Shown piece after piece: positions 1-8,727 of a stretch of 64,000 nt of DNA. Both the position numbers and the translations under genes were made by a program. The stretch's first letter is position 1; each line of letters starts with the position of its first letter. The DNA comes from a virus (Duplodnaviria; Caudoviricetes). Below the pieces are notes generated by a model. The model saw only the letters and a list, made by a program, of their open reading frames with translations, was not told the DNA's origin and made no database searches. The DNA is taken from IMG/VR virus record IMGVR_UViG_2654587994_000003, positions 1 through 64,000 of that record; one strand, written 5' to 3'.

Positions 1-354
1 TCACCCCTGCGACGCGATGAAATCTCTTATGCGAGTGAGGCGATCCCTGAGAAGCTTGTTTTCCTGAAGGATATCGCTCATTTCCGTTTTCTGATCAGGA
101 TCAACTAGGCCGGCCAGAATGTCGATCGGCGCCACGTCCAATGCGCGGCAAATATCAAGAAGGGTGCTAACCGCAACACGGTTGGTGCCCTTTTCGTATT
201 TTTGAACCTGCTGAAACGTAACATGGATGTGATTGCCCAACTCGGTTTGGCTCATGCCGCGGGCCTTGCGGGTATCCCTTACAGCTGCGCCGATCTGCTG
301 GTCGATCGTGCGACCGCTGCGCTTCGGACGTTCCATCGTTTCGATGTTCAGCAT
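1..354 (-). CDS. XRE-family HTH transcriptional regulator
   Basis: RKARGMSQTELGNHIHVTFQQVQKYEKGTNRV motif; AAGGAGA SD before ATG at 354. Confidence 0.85.
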   Translation of the reverse strand: MLNIETMERPKRSGRTIDQQIGAAVRDTRKARGMSQTELGNHIHVTFQQVQKYEKGTNRVAVSTLLDICRALDVAPIDILAGLVDPDQKTEMSDILQENKLLRDRLTRIRDFIASQG

Positions 355-370
355 GTGATTTCTCCTTTGG

Positions 371-1555
371 TTAGATTGCAAGATCAGAGCTCCCGCCACC
401 CTCGTACCAGGTGACGAGATTGCCGATCGCGGTTGTCGCCATCTCCGGATGGAGGGCGAGATAGTGTTTCAGGATCATGTGCGCACCCTGCAGTGAGTGA
501 CCGGACACCGCGCAAATCTGCGGCAGGGTGTTGCCGGCCAAAGCCATCCACGTGACGCCGGTGGCGCGCAGATCCTTTTCCATGACGGTCTTTATTGTCG
601 GGATCTTCTTTGCCGCTTCCGCACGAATGTCGCTAAACAGGTTACGGTAGGTGTAATCGTTCCAAGGCGCCCACGTGTTTTCATTTAGATGTGCATATGG
701 ACTAATGACCCCTTTTGAATTTCGACGCTCGAGGGCGGCATCGAGCCTTGCCTGATAGGGCGTTGCCACTGGCGGATTGACGATTGCGCTCGTCTTGTTT
801 TGCCGGAGAACGAACCGGCCGTTGCGAAAGGCCGACTGCTTCAGGTGAAGCCGATCGTACTGGCGCTGGCTAGTCCACACGCCGCAGAACAGCATGTCCG
901 CGATATCAATGCGTCGAAACTTCTCCCCTTCAGCCGTCGCGACCAGGCAATCAAACTCCTCCTTGGTGAGGAACCGCGCCCGTGGATCAGGCTGCTGCAT
1001 GTCCAGATCTCGCGCCGGATTGATGCTTAGTCCCTTCAGGCGACCTGAACGCATGCCCCATTTGATGGCCATGCCAAGCACCACCAGTGCGCCGCGTGCC
1101 GTCGCCAGGCCGCGCGAGGTCCAGAGATCCTCGTACAGGCCGTAACAAATCGTCTGATCGAGGGCCAAAACTTCAGCGGCCCATAGATCCGGATCATGGT
1201 TCTCGATTACGCGGGTTTTCTGTTTGTAGTCCTTGATGGTAGCGGGCGCCTTGCAAAGGACACGAGGGCTTTTCAACCATTCATCCATCAGCTTCGAAAC
1301 TGGATAGACCGCCGGCGTTTTCTTCCGCGCCATCACTGGAACCGCAGGGAAGGCCGCTGGCACGTTTTCCGCCTTAGCCGCCGTCAAGGCCCGCACGAAC
1401 TCATTGGACCAATCCAGCGCTTCGCCTTGCGTGAACCAGCGGCCATTCGGATGTTTGAGATCCTGCGGCTTGTGCCCCTTCTCTCGAAGGCCGGGGCCGG
1501 GCTTGAAGCGTGGGCGGCCGTCGCGCCATTCGATGTGTTTGATTTTGACTTTCAT
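371..1555 (-). CDS. int: Tyrosine recombinase / phage integrase
   Basis: QRQYDR, KT, DLRATG, SGHS and KHY catalytic-type motifs; position at prophage end. Confidence 0.9.
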   Translation of the reverse strand: MKVKIKHIEWRDGRPRFKPGPGLREKGHKPQDLKHPNGRWFTQGEALDWSNEFVRALTAAKAENVPAAFPAVPVMARKKTPAVYPVSKLMDEWLKSPRVLCKAPATIKDYKQKTRVIENHDPDLWAAEVLALDQTICYGLYEDLWTSRGLATARGALVVLGMAIKWGMRSGRLKGLSINPARDLDMQQPDPRARFLTKEEFDCLVATAEGEKFRRIDIADMLFCGVWTSQRQYDRLHLKQSAFRNGRFVLRQNKTSAIVNPPVATPYQARLDAALERRNSKGVISPYAHLNENTWAPWNDYTYRNLFSDIRAEAAKKIPTIKTVMEKDLRATGVTWMALAGNTLPQICAVSGHSLQGAHMILKHYLALHPEMATTAIGNLVTWYEGGGSSDLAI

Positions 1556-1564
1556 ATCGCAACT

Positions 1565-1690
1565 CCAAAAAGACCCGGCGGCCACTCAGAACAAAGACCG
1601 CCGGGCAGGATCCGGCATTCGCAACGGAGGGGGACTGGCCGTGCAAATGGCCGGTAGAACGACGCCGGAGGTCTTGGCGTCGTGCATGGG
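1565..1690 (-). terminator. Three-hairpin structured region ending in an intrinsic terminator upstream of int
   Basis: Minus strand: ACGACGCC..GGCGTCGT, CCGGC..GCCGG, then CCCGGCGG..CCGCCGGG-TCTTTTT. Confidence 0.6.
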
Positions 1691-1691
1691 A

Positions 1692-1910
1692 TCATGCGCC
1701 CTTCAGGCGGGCGGATGCTTCAGCGATGAAAATTGAGCGAGTGACGGCCATGTCCTGGCGCAGGCGCATGAACCGATCGAGCGCTGCAGGATCCGCCGGC
1801 AGTGCATCGAGGAGGCGCAGGGTAGCGTCGTCCTGCTGGAAACCGGCTTCGCTGATCTCCTGAAGAAGGCCCACGGCCGTGATTGGGCTTTTGGACAGGA
1901 GAATGCTCAT
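1692..1910 (-). CDS. Phage early hypothetical protein
   Basis: ORF coupled by 4-bp overlaps in the leftward early operon. Confidence 0.7.
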   Translation of the reverse strand: MSILLSKSPITAVGLLQEISEAGFQQDDATLRLLDALPADPAALDRFMRLRQDMAVTRSIFIAEASARLKGA

Positions 1911-2179
1911 GCTGCCCCCCTTGCGAGGCGTTTCTCTGCAGCCGCCTGCCAGTTCGAGAGGGCGGAGAGCATGCTGCTGGTAGATGATGACCGGATGCCG
2001 GCGAGCTTGATAGAAGCGCCGCGCCAGTCGGATTTCCAGACCGCACCTTCGTTTGCCTGCAACTCATCGGCAATCGCGATAACAGCGCGATCGTACGCCG
2101 CCCGCTGCTCATAGCTGTAGGGCGGCAATGTCTTCTTCCGTTCGGTGATCAAGTCACAAAGACGTTTTAGGTCGTTCAT
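1907..2179 (-). CDS. Phage early hypothetical protein
   Basis: ATGA overlaps with both neighbours. Confidence 0.7.
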   Translation of the reverse strand: MNDLKRLCDLITERKKTLPPYSYEQRAAYDRAVIAIADELQANEGAVWKSDWRGASIKLAGIRSSSTSSMLSALSNWQAAAEKRLARGAA

Positions 2180-2442
2180 GCGTCACCTCTGAGCTTCTGC
2201 AGGGCAAGGCCGCCGCCAGTGGTGAGCGAAATGTTCGGCACGCGGCCGCGCACGAGCTCCTTTTCCTCCAGCCGCCGGATGGTGGCCAAGTTGAAGCGCT
2301 TGTTACCCACCTGCAGGCGGCCATCAACGATGCGTTGCTGCCGGAAAAAGTCGATCGAGGCGAGAGCATCTTTCTCTGCCCGCTCGAGGTTCTTGCGCGG
2401 ATCCAGCACAGCTGGGTTTTCGGTAAGAGGGGTCATGGTCAT
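2176..2442 (-). CDS. Phage hypothetical protein (possible winged helix)
   Basis: ATGA overlaps; ATIRRLEEKELV..LTTGG pattern. Confidence 0.65.
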   Translation of the reverse strand: MTMTPLTENPAVLDPRKNLERAEKDALASIDFFRQQRIVDGRLQVGNKRFNLATIRRLEEKELVRGRVPNISLTTGGGLALQKLRGDA

Positions 2443-2768
2443 GCCAGTTCCTCCCTGTCTTCGAAGTCGTGCTCGATCTCACGATTGAGATCATCTGCAG
2501 CTTCATTGGATGCCTCACGGCATGGGATCCTGCTGATGATTTCGTTGACCTCGTCGATAGACAGTTCGAGGCCGCACCAGAAGCGCGCCGCCGCCTTGTC
2601 ATCGCCATTGGGAGTAAAGGTGTTCGGGTCCGTACCGGTGAAGACCCCTGGCTCATCGGTGGGCTCGAATTCTTCCGACCGCCAAAACTCCTGACGGGAG
2701 GAGCCGCACTGCGGGCACTTCATAATCTTCCGGAGGCGTTGCTCCTTATACGAGAGAAGATCAGTCAT
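2439..2768 (-). CDS. Phage hypothetical protein with CxxC motif
   Basis: MTDLLSY..KCPQCG; GAGG SD; coupled to neighbours. Confidence 0.65.
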   Translation of the reverse strand: MTDLLSYKEQRLRKIMKCPQCGSSRQEFWRSEEFEPTDEPGVFTGTDPNTFTPNGDDKAAARFWCGLELSIDEVNEIISRIPCREASNEAADDLNREIEHDFEDREELA

Positions 2769-3006
2769 AGGTACGGCCCTCCTCGAGAGCTTCATCAAGC
2801 GTGCGGCCGAGAGCGGCAAATGCCTCGTCGCGCATAGCGTCACACTCGCTGACCACCGTCTGGTCGACGTCATTGTAGGTGGACGCAATCTCCTGCAGGA
2901 GGAGCTCTATCTCGCGAACGCGCTTCATGCAGAATGTGTGGGCCTTTTTTGGGGTAAATTTCCCCTGCAGACGGCGCGTCCCGATTTTTCGGTTTGAGCG
3001 CTTCAT
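2761..3006 (-). CDS. Phage hypothetical protein
   Basis: MKRSNRK start after GGGGAG SD, overlapping the xis stop. Confidence 0.65.
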   Translation of the reverse strand: MKRSNRKIGTRRLQGKFTPKKAHTFCMKRVREIELLLQEIASTYNDVDQTVVSECDAMRDEAFAALGRTLDEALEEGRTYD

Positions 3007-3308
3007 GCTCCCCTCCCCGCATAGCGCGCGGCCAGGTCGCGGTTCTGGTTCGCTACGAGACGCAGGTGAGCGCTGCCTCCGCTCGTCGGGGGCACCGGGT
3101 TCTCCGGCTCGAGATCGACCGGCGAAATGCCGCCCATATCCAGCCAGGCCTCCATGGCGCGGCGTGGCCACTGCCAGCCGACCGAGCATTTGCGCGGCAT
3201 GCCATGATCGTTGTGCAGGCGCAGCCAGTTGCGGCGCACCCAATCTTCAGAGCGCTGCAGCGCCTCTGCCATTTCCGGCAGCATCACCAGTCTTTCCGAT
3301 AAACTCAT
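3003..3308 (-). CDS. Excisionase / AlpA-like DNA-binding protein
   Basis: LPEMAEALQRSEDWV..GMPR..WQWPRRAMEAWL pattern; first gene of the leftward operon. Confidence 0.7.
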   Translation of the reverse strand: MSLSERLVMLPEMAEALQRSEDWVRRNWLRLHNDHGMPRKCSVGWQWPRRAMEAWLDMGGISPVDLEPENPVPPTSGGSAHLRLVANQNRDLAARYAGRGA

Positions 3309-3356
3309 GTGTTGCGTCTCCGATGCAAATCAACCGGACACAAACATGCCACGCCC

Positions 3357-3414
3357 TACCATAAATGCAACACGTGAATTTCATTTAATGTCCATTATCA
3401 TCCCATTCATGAAA
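3357..3414. promoter_or_regulatory. Candidate repressor operators (left), TACCATAAATGCAA and TCCCATTCATGAAA
   Basis: 13/14 match to TACCATAAATGAAA at 4295-4308 in the CI/Cro region. Confidence 0.55.
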
Positions 3415-3553
3415 CTTTCCAGGAGGAACTGGTGGCGGGCGGATGTCATTTAGTGGTGGATAAGTGCCAGAAAACGACAAAAAGCAGCCATCGCGAGTAA
3501 GCGACAGCTGCATTTACAAATTGTCGTAGATGAATTGGCAGACACCCAGCGGG

Positions 3554-4210
3554 CTAAGAGGCCTTGCGCATTTCGCGGAGCATCGCGGTAGCCGTCCCTT
3601 TTATTTCAACCGAGCGATCCAGCAGGATTGGCGCAGGCTCGACGCTACGATCGATCGACCGCGACATGAGGTACGGCGGTTCAAAGAGACGCAACACTCT
3701 ACCGGCGCCGCCAGGCCGCTGGCTCGAAAGATCCACACAAACGATGTCTCCAGCCGATGGGGCTACATCCTCGTCAATCACCACGATATCGCCAGGAAGA
3801 TATCCCTCGAGCTCCAAAGATCGATCAAGAATTCGATACGCGAGCAACCGATGCTCGTCGGCTGTTAGTGTGATCAAGTTCCTTGGAACATCAATGGCTT
3901 CGAGGCCGGAAGGCGAATTCAGTGGCCGAATATGGTGAGCATCGAGATAGCTTGGCCCGGGAGGCTGACGACCTACCTTAGACCCAATCTTCTCCAAGGT
4001 TTTCGTAGTGGTCGTAAACTCAGATGCGACATCAATCGCTCGGTAGATGGTCGTTGGAGACACCCCGACGAACTTTGCGAGCTCGATCGGAGACATGTTG
4101 CGCTCAGCCATAATCGACTGAAGCCAATCCCGAATTTGCTCTCTTGTGCCGGTGTTCCAGTTCACAGCCAACGCTCTTGATAACGAAATAACGTTGGTAG
4201 AATGCATCAT
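3554..4210 (-). CDS. CI-like repressor (HTH + S24-like C-terminal domain); start uncertain
   Basis: MSPIELAKFVGVSPTTIYR HTH; DRSLELEGYLPGDIVVID S24-like region; divergent from a cro-like gene. Confidence 0.8.
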   Translation of the reverse strand: MMHSTNVISLSRALAVNWNTGTREQIRDWLQSIMAERNMSPIELAKFVGVSPTTIYRAIDVASEFTTTTKTLEKIGSKVGRQPPGPSYLDAHHIRPLNSPSGLEAIDVPRNLITLTADEHRLLAYRILDRSLELEGYLPGDIVVIDEDVAPSAGDIVCVDLSSQRPGGAGRVLRLFEPPYLMSRSIDRSVEPAPILLDRSVEIKGTATAMLREMRKAS

Positions 4211-4273
4211 CGGAAAAACGCCCGCACAAACTATTAATGATCTTGACCCTGATACCCAAATCAGCTTAGCCCT

Positions 4274-4308
4274 CTCATTTATGGAACACAACCATACCAT
4301 AAATGAAA
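4274..4308. promoter_or_regulatory. Candidate repressor operators (right), inverted CCATAAATG pair
   Basis: TCATTTATGG at 4275 and CCATAAATGA at 4297 overlapping the cro start. Confidence 0.55.
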
Positions 4309-4553
4309 TTGTTCGGCGGGCGGATGCCATCGGGTTTCCGATCCGTGAGCTGTGCGGTGAAGCGGATGTTAGCCTCTCGACATTTTGGAGGTGGCAACAG
4401 CCGGAAGCGAACCCGCGCATGCGTGATATGCGGGCCGCGCTTGATCGCATCGAGCGCGTCCTGGCTGAACGTGAACGCAAGGTTCTGGCTTCTCTTGTAG
4501 CGCGTCACCCCGAAGCCGCTTTGCGCAACCTCGACGAGGGAGAGACGCAATGA
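4281..4553 (+). CDS. Cro-like HTH protein
   Basis: IRELCGEADVSLSTFWRWQ HTH; divergent from repressor. Confidence 0.75.
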   Translation: MEHNHTINEIVRRADAIGFPIRELCGEADVSLSTFWRWQQPEANPRMRDMRAALDRIERVLAERERKVLASLVARHPEAALRNLDEGETQ

Positions 4554-4795
4554 GCGCACCAACTCAGGAAGACGTGAAAACAATGCGGGCGATCGCCGGC
4601 GAGCTCGACGAGATCCTCAACGGCAAGCAGCGACCCAGGCCCAACGGCTTCGTGCTATTGATCTTTTCGAACGACGCCGAGCTCGGCGCCCGCACGAACT
4701 ATGTCAGCAACTGCCCACGGGCTGAAATGATGGTCGCCCTGAAGGAAGTGCTGGCCCGCTTCGAGGGCCAACCTGAAATCTCAGGAAGGGCATAG
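4550..4795 (+). CDS. Conserved phage hypothetical protein
   Basis: GFVLLIF..RTNYVSN..R..M..LKE motif; GGGAG SD. Confidence 0.75.
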   Translation: MSAPTQEDVKTMRAIAGELDEILNGKQRPRPNGFVLLIFSNDAELGARTNYVSNCPRAEMMVALKEVLARFEGQPEISGRA

Positions 4796-4823
4796 CAACA
4801 TGAGCGCAAGCATTATTGCTATT

Positions 4824-5537
4824 TCAGTCGAGTTGAGGGTTGTCGGAGTAGGGAAGCAAATCCCTAACTCTCGCTTCGAATTCGATCTTTGCCTTCTTCC
4901 CCTCAATCTTGATTGCAAGTGCAACGACACAAATCGAATTGGATTGTTCATCTCCAATTGCATTCGAGTAATCGATCAGATTTTCATCGAAATGGAGATC
5001 GTACCTGATGAATGGCGGGGGCGACCCACGATTGAGCCATCCGCCGAGAAGCGTTGCGTACTGAAGACGGTGTTTCTCATCAATCGTAAACTTTACGACG
5101 CGTTTTCTCTCAATCTCCGGATGCTTGAAAGTCACGTGGCTAGGTTGCGGAATATCATATCCCGCGCAAGAGACTTTCAGACCCACAATAGATATTCGCC
5201 GTCTATTCCAATTGGTTACGTCAAACCGCGCGACCCTTGTTTTTGTGGCCGTCCGGTAAAGCTCGATACTTGGGAGCGCATCACCCAGCATGAATGCTGT
5301 TTGCTTTTTCTGTTCTTCCAACTGCCCAAAAACAATGTACGCGCCGACCGCTGCGGCCGCAAAGCCTACCCATCCGGCCGTTGCGGAAAGCCACTCCTGC
5401 ACAGTGCAGTCATCCGCCTTGCAGACGTAGGCTTGAATGTCGTCGGGAAGTCCACTGACGTATTTCGTGAGCAGCACAACGCATGCCAGCACCAGAAAAG
5501 ACAGCACGGGAATGTAGAACCGACTGTTATCCTTCAC
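4824..5537 (-). CDS. Membrane-anchored antisense moron protein
   Basis: Two N-terminal hydrophobic segments, lower GC, opposite strand to the early operon. Confidence 0.7.
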   Translation of the reverse strand: MKDNSRFYIPVLSFLVLACVVLLTKYVSGLPDDIQAYVCKADDCTVQEWLSATAGWVGFAAAAVGAYIVFGQLEEQKKQTAFMLGDALPSIELYRTATKTRVARFDVTNWNRRRISIVGLKVSCAGYDIPQPSHVTFKHPEIERKRVVKFTIDEKHRLQYATLLGGWLNRGSPPPFIRYDLHFDENLIDYSNAIGDEQSNSICVVALAIKIEGKKAKIEFEARVRDLLPYSDNPQLD

Positions 5538-5697
5538 TCTCTCACCCCCGCGAATGAAAACTTGTTCTCTGCCGGCAATGCCCTCTTAAGGGAGGCCGTC
5601 TGATGCGATATTTGTTCCTGGCGATCATTCCGCCTGCAGAGATCCTGAACAGCGCCTACATCGTCGAGCTCGCTCGGCAGGCCGCCTCTGACAATGA

Positions 5698-6003
5698 TCA
5701 AGCGCGCCCCTGTGGCGGATCAGCGAGAATTTCCGCTGTCGCCAGCATTTCTCCGATCTGTTTGTCGATAGCCAGCACTAGGCGCTCAAAATGCGGGCTG
5801 TTGGGGCTGATCCACTTTCCATACGCCTGCGTCGCGTTCTCGCGGATGACCGGAATACCTGCCATCGAAAGGCTTAGAACGGCTTTGTTTGCCATCGTGG
5901 CGGCAGCAACTGTCTCTACGTACCAAGCAATCTCTTCTTCAGTCACCGCTAAATTCCCCAACTTGAAAACACTCTTTTGCCGTGAGTCTGAAAAGGGGCG
6001 CAA
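5698..6003 (-). CDS. Antisense moron hypothetical protein
   Basis: Protein-like composition, opposite strand; start uncertain. Confidence 0.5.
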   Translation of the reverse strand: MRPFSDSRQKSVFKLGNLAVTEEEIAWYVETVAAATMANKAVLSLSMAGIPVIRENATQAYGKWISPNSPHFERLVLAIDKQIGEMLATAEILADPPQGRA

Positions 6004-6006
6004 GCC

Positions 6007-6402
6007 ATGATACCTATTCTTGCAAGGCTTTCCCGCTGTGTTTTCGATCTCGTGCTGGGCGGCCCAGCGCGCAGGCCGCAGAGGCCCTTGCCTGAGATCC
6101 TGTTCTATCCGGTCATTTTCGCTAACGGCCGCGATGATGACAGCGAGGGGCTAAAGGCCTTCTTCGAGAACCGGCCGTATATTTTCAACGGCGATGTGTA
6201 TGGACCGACTGCTGGGCCGCGCCGGCTTGTGAACCTTCACCTGACGCTCTCCAAAAACGCGATCGTCTTCATCAAGGACGGAAGGGTTCGCTTCATCTAC
6301 GGCTGCCCTTCAGGTGACGCGCTTACTGTCAGCGTAAGCCACGGCTTTGACCGGCACATTCATAGTAGCCGCATCACGCTTGGGGCAAAGGTCGAGCTAT
6401 GA
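6007..6402 (+). CDS. Phage hypothetical protein
   Basis: ATGA coupling on both sides. Confidence 0.65.
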   Translation: MIPILARLSRCVFDLVLGGPARRPQRPLPEILFYPVIFANGRDDDSEGLKAFFENRPYIFNGDVYGPTAGPRRLVNLHLTLSKNAIVFIKDGRVRFIYGCPSGDALTVSVSHGFDRHIHSSRITLGAKVEL

Positions 6403-6578
6403 AGCGACACGAGCCTCGCCCCGTATTCCTTGACCAAGACCAGGCAGAGGCCTGCCTCGAGCTTTGGTCCTCAAAGAAATTCGATACCAACGACATCGCC
6501 CGGATGCTGCACGTACCGGAGCATGCCGTTAGCCGTCTGATCCAGGCGGCGCGAGATCTGGCGAGGGCGCCGGCATGA
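6399..6578 (+). CDS. Small HTH protein (59 aa, missing from ORF track): MKRHEPRPVFLDQDQAEACLELWSSKKFDTNDIARMLHVPEHAVSRLIQAARDLARAPA
   Basis: Translated by hand; fills the gap with ATGA overlaps at both ends; DTNDIARMLHVPEHAVSR HTH. Confidence 0.7.
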   Translation: MKRHEPRPVFLDQDQAEACLELWSSKKFDTNDIARMLHVPEHAVSRLIQAARDLARAPA

Positions 6579-6856
6579 GCCAGTACACCGCCTTTGCGAC
6601 CAACTGCGAGATCTCGCGGGATCCCGACGAAAACACCCGGCGGCATCAGGCAATGATCGACGAGGTCAACGAGCTCGTCGGCGTCGACGGCTGGCGTGGC
6701 GTGAAAGTGGTTCAGCTTTTCACCCTCGCCGGCCACACGGTTCTCCAGGTCGAGCCCGGCCGATCGCCGCTTACGCTCGATTACCTGCGGAAAATGAAAG
6801 CAGCAGCGAACACAAACGCGCCGGAGCAATCCGCCCCGGCCAGCAACGGAGACTGA
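6575..6856 (+). CDS. Phage hypothetical protein
   Basis: Coupled ORF. Confidence 0.65.
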   Translation: MSQYTAFATNCEISRDPDENTRRHQAMIDEVNELVGVDGWRGVKVVQLFTLAGHTVLQVEPGRSPLTLDYLRKMKAAANTNAPEQSAPASNGD

Positions 6857-6860
6857 TCTC

Positions 6861-7667
6861 ATGCAAGGCGTGAACATGCAGATCGGCGAAACGCCGAGGC
6901 TCGAATGGATCGAGCTTTCCAGCATCTATGTTGATGCGAGCTACCAGCGGCCTGTGAAGGCGAAACGCATCCTGCAGATACTGCGGGAGTTCACCTGGGC
7001 ACAGTTCGGCGCACTTATGCTCGTCGAACAAGACGACGGTCGCTTCAGCGTTTACGACGGCCAGCATCGCTATGAGGCGGCAAAGAAACACCCGCTGATC
7101 GAGAAGGTGCCGGCGTCGATCGTAAAACTCGACGAGGCTTATCTCGAGGCGCAAAGCTTTCTGGGCGTCAACATCAATCGATCGGCGATTTCCACGGTCG
7201 AAAAATACTGGGCGGGCATCGAGGCCGGCGACGAAAACATGATGCGGATCTGCGCCGTTCTCGACGAGGCGGGGTGCGACGTCGTTCCCGCCGGCACCAA
7301 ATCGAAGGCCCCTCACCTGACCGCCTCCGTCAGCGCGATCGAGCGCGCCATCAAGGCTTATGGCGACCAGGCCGTGACGCTGGCCTGCAAGGCGATCGTG
7401 GAAGCTTGGCCAAAGGATACCAGCGCATTGAGCGGCACGGTGATCCAGGCCACGGCCCGCTTGTTCCGGAACAACAACAAGATCATCAGCTACGACCGCA
7501 TGGTGCTGAAGCTGAAAAGCAAGAACCGCGCGATCCTTTCAGCCGACGCCGAGGCGATCCGCCGGATCTCGGGATCCGACGCCTCTCTGTCCGTCGCAAA
7601 AGCGCTTGTCGAAATCTACAACAAGGGCCTGCAGATCAACGAGATCAGCATCGGAGCAAAGAAATGA
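6861..7667 (+). CDS. ParB/Srx-like N-terminal domain protein
   Basis: VDASYQR and YDGQHRYEAA motifs. Confidence 0.8.
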   Translation: MQGVNMQIGETPRLEWIELSSIYVDASYQRPVKAKRILQILREFTWAQFGALMLVEQDDGRFSVYDGQHRYEAAKKHPLIEKVPASIVKLDEAYLEAQSFLGVNINRSAISTVEKYWAGIEAGDENMMRICAVLDEAGCDVVPAGTKSKAPHLTASVSAIERAIKAYGDQAVTLACKAIVEAWPKDTSALSGTVIQATARLFRNNNKIISYDRMVLKLKSKNRAILSADAEAIRRISGSDASLSVAKALVEIYNKGLQINEISIGAKK

Positions 7668-7876
7668 GCGAGGTCATGAGCGGGTTCGACACCGATCCCA
7701 TTCGTCGCGCTGTCCTAGCTAGTGAGCGCCCCTTCCACTCCGCTTGCTCCGTAATTGGCTGCATGGCGGGGACGATCGAGTTCCTACACGGCACACCTGT
7801 AGCGGCCGCGTTCCTTCGCCGTCTGTTGGAGGAAATGGAGCCGCCGGCGCCAGACCACACAATTACCGATCTCTGA
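7664..7876 (+). CDS. Phage hypothetical protein
   Basis: MSEVMSGF start overlapping upstream stop; GGAG SD. Confidence 0.6.
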   Translation: MSEVMSGFDTDPIRRAVLASERPFHSACSVIGCMAGTIEFLHGTPVAAAFLRRLLEEMEPPAPDHTITDL

Positions 7877-7947
7877 AGAACCTCCGCGCCGGATCTGTCC
7901 GTTGTCCCGGCGCGGCCGACTGCCACATAAAATGATGAGACCCGTGA

Positions 7948-8193
7948 ATGCAACGGACACCTTACCGGCCAGATCAGAAGGCCGCGCTGACCCGTATCGA
8001 GGAAAGGCGCGCCGCACTCGGCATTTCCTTCCAGGAGCTCGCGCTCGCTGCAGACATTTCGCTGGCCACCTATCGCCGCCTGCGACACAGCGGCCGTGCG
8101 TCCGACGCCCAGGTGAAGGCATTGCGGTTTGCGATCCGGACGATCGAGCGCCGGCGCCGAGACACGGCCGACATGTTCGGAGCGATGGCATGA
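7948..8193 (+). CDS. HTH DNA-binding protein
   Basis: GISFQELALAADISLATYRR. Confidence 0.75.
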   Translation: MQRTPYRPDQKAALTRIEERRAALGISFQELALAADISLATYRRLRHSGRASDAQVKALRFAIRTIERRRRDTADMFGAMA

Positions 8194-8456
8194 AGGAGCT
8201 TAAGGCCGCCCGCATCGCCCTGAAGGCAATCCGCCTGGTCCTGTTTCAGGCCACGATCCGCCCCGCCGATCGTCGATCGGTGGAGATCTATCTGCTGGTG
8301 ACAACCTGCGGCGTCAACCAGGCCATCGCGGCCGAGGTGTGCGGCTGCACCAAGCAGAACGTCAGCAAACTTTTGAAATCGGTCGAGGACCGGCGCGACC
8401 AGCGGGATTTTGACCGCGCGCTTTCCCTCCTCGAGGCCGTGGTGTTGGGAGAATGA
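8190..8456 (+). CDS. HTH protein (DnaA C-terminal-like), candidate transcriptional activator
   Basis: NQAIAAEVCGCTKQNVSKLLKSVEDRRD..FD..L pattern. Confidence 0.65.
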   Translation: MKELKAARIALKAIRLVLFQATIRPADRRSVEIYLLVTTCGVNQAIAAEVCGCTKQNVSKLLKSVEDRRDQRDFDRALSLLEAVVLGE

Positions 8457-8457
8457 C

Positions 8458-8727
8458 ATGCCGGCAATACACGATCTGAAATGCCTTGCCCCATTCTACG
8501 ACGCGATAGTGCGCGGCGAGAAAACCTTCGACGTCCGAAAAGACGATCGGGCGTTCCAGGCGGGCGACACCATCAATCTTCTGCGTGTCGACACGAACCC
8601 CGGCGATTACGCTCACTATCCCGTTCTCGTTTGCAGGGTCGTCTATGTTCTGCGTGGCGGGCAGTTCGGGATTGAGCCCGGCTACGTGGTCCTTGGCATC
8701 CGGTATGGAGCGATGGAACCACAATGA
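8458..8727 (+). CDS. DUF3850 / ASCH (PUA-like) protein
   Basis: HDLK..PFYDAIVRGEKTFDVRKDDRAFQAGD. Confidence 0.85.
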   Translation: MPAIHDLKCLAPFYDAIVRGEKTFDVRKDDRAFQAGDTINLLRVDTNPGDYAHYPVLVCRVVYVLRGGQFGIEPGYVVLGIRYGAMEPQ

